Positions 63,369-64,000 of a DNA stretch of 64,000 nucleotides are shown here, piece by piece. The stretch lies in NCBI GenBank assembly GCA_965112155.1, contig OZ218104.1; one strand, 5' to 3'. Numbering within the stretch: the first letter of the stretch is position 1; each line of letters starts with the position of its first letter. The notes under the pieces were generated by a model. The model saw only the letters and a list, made by a program, of their open reading frames with translations. It was not told where the DNA came from and did not search any database. Origin of the DNA: Podarcis liolepis (lineage: Eukaryota). The translations under genes and the position numbers were made by a program.

Positions 63369-64000
63369 AATACCACTTTAAACAGTAATGGTTCTGCTGC
63401 TGCACTACCTATTTTGTGATTGGTAGGTGTCAGAATTTTCAGCCATCTTATGTAGGCGCTGGGGGTATAAAATTTGAGAACCCATGGGGTAGGCAAAAGA
63501 GATATAAAAAGAGCCTGCTGGATTAGGGCAATGGCCCATCTAGTCCAGCATCCTGTTCTCACAGCAGCCAATCATGTAGCTTTTATTCCAGCACGTTTCA
63601 GACCTTTGGGGGAGATTCAAAGAAATAAAGGCTCAACATTTAGATATGTTGCCCATTCTTTAGTTGTGATCAGGGACCTACAGTGAGCAGTGATAAAAAA
63701 TACGTGCCTTGCCTACCCCACTACTTTCCTAGTCCTGCCTCAGCTAGAACCTGCGACCTTCTATGAGCAAAAGCAGGAGCTTTAGTACTGAGCCACAACC
63801 TTTTCAGAGATCTTTTGGAATTCAAGAACCTCAAAACGCCTTTCCCGCTATAAGTCTCCACACTCTGGTGTGTGGATAATGTTGAGTAAAGGGCATTTTT
63901 TCTCCTTAAAAAGAAAAAAAAGAAAGAAAATCTTTGTTGTTATGGACTGGCATTCTGCCAGCCACTTAGCAATTAAAGGTTTAATTTCCCAGCAATTAAA

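Overview
This window is vertebrate genomic DNA, almost certainly from a squamate and probably a lacertid lizard, judged from its Sauria SINEs, Bov-B fragment and young CORE SINEs. I recognise no host protein-coding exon. It reads as a large intron or gene desert: transposon-dense stretches alternate with repeat-free, CpG-retaining blocks rich in homeodomain motifs that look like conserved enhancers. The main feature is a full-length, apparently intact CR1 LINE on the minus strand (about 9641-14051). It has a zinc-finger/coiled-coil/SGNH-esterase ORF1, an APE+RT ORF2, an (ATTCTATG)n tail and a 5' UTR built from tandem ~140-bp monomers. A 5'-truncated sibling at about 56545-56911 differs from it by one base, so the family is very young. 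The most interesting signal is the ORF1/ORF2 junction. ORF1 ends in the canonical slippery heptamer U UUA AAC directly followed by its stop codon, and a -1 slip runs without a stop into ORF2, which suggests an ORF1-ORF2 fusion made by programmed frameshifting. The window also contains many SINEs, hAT/Tigger/Tc1-type non-autonomous DNA elements, a probable solo LTR, microsatellites and two assembly gaps. Family names come from recall of consensus sequences, not from a database search, and boundaries of old repeats are approximate.
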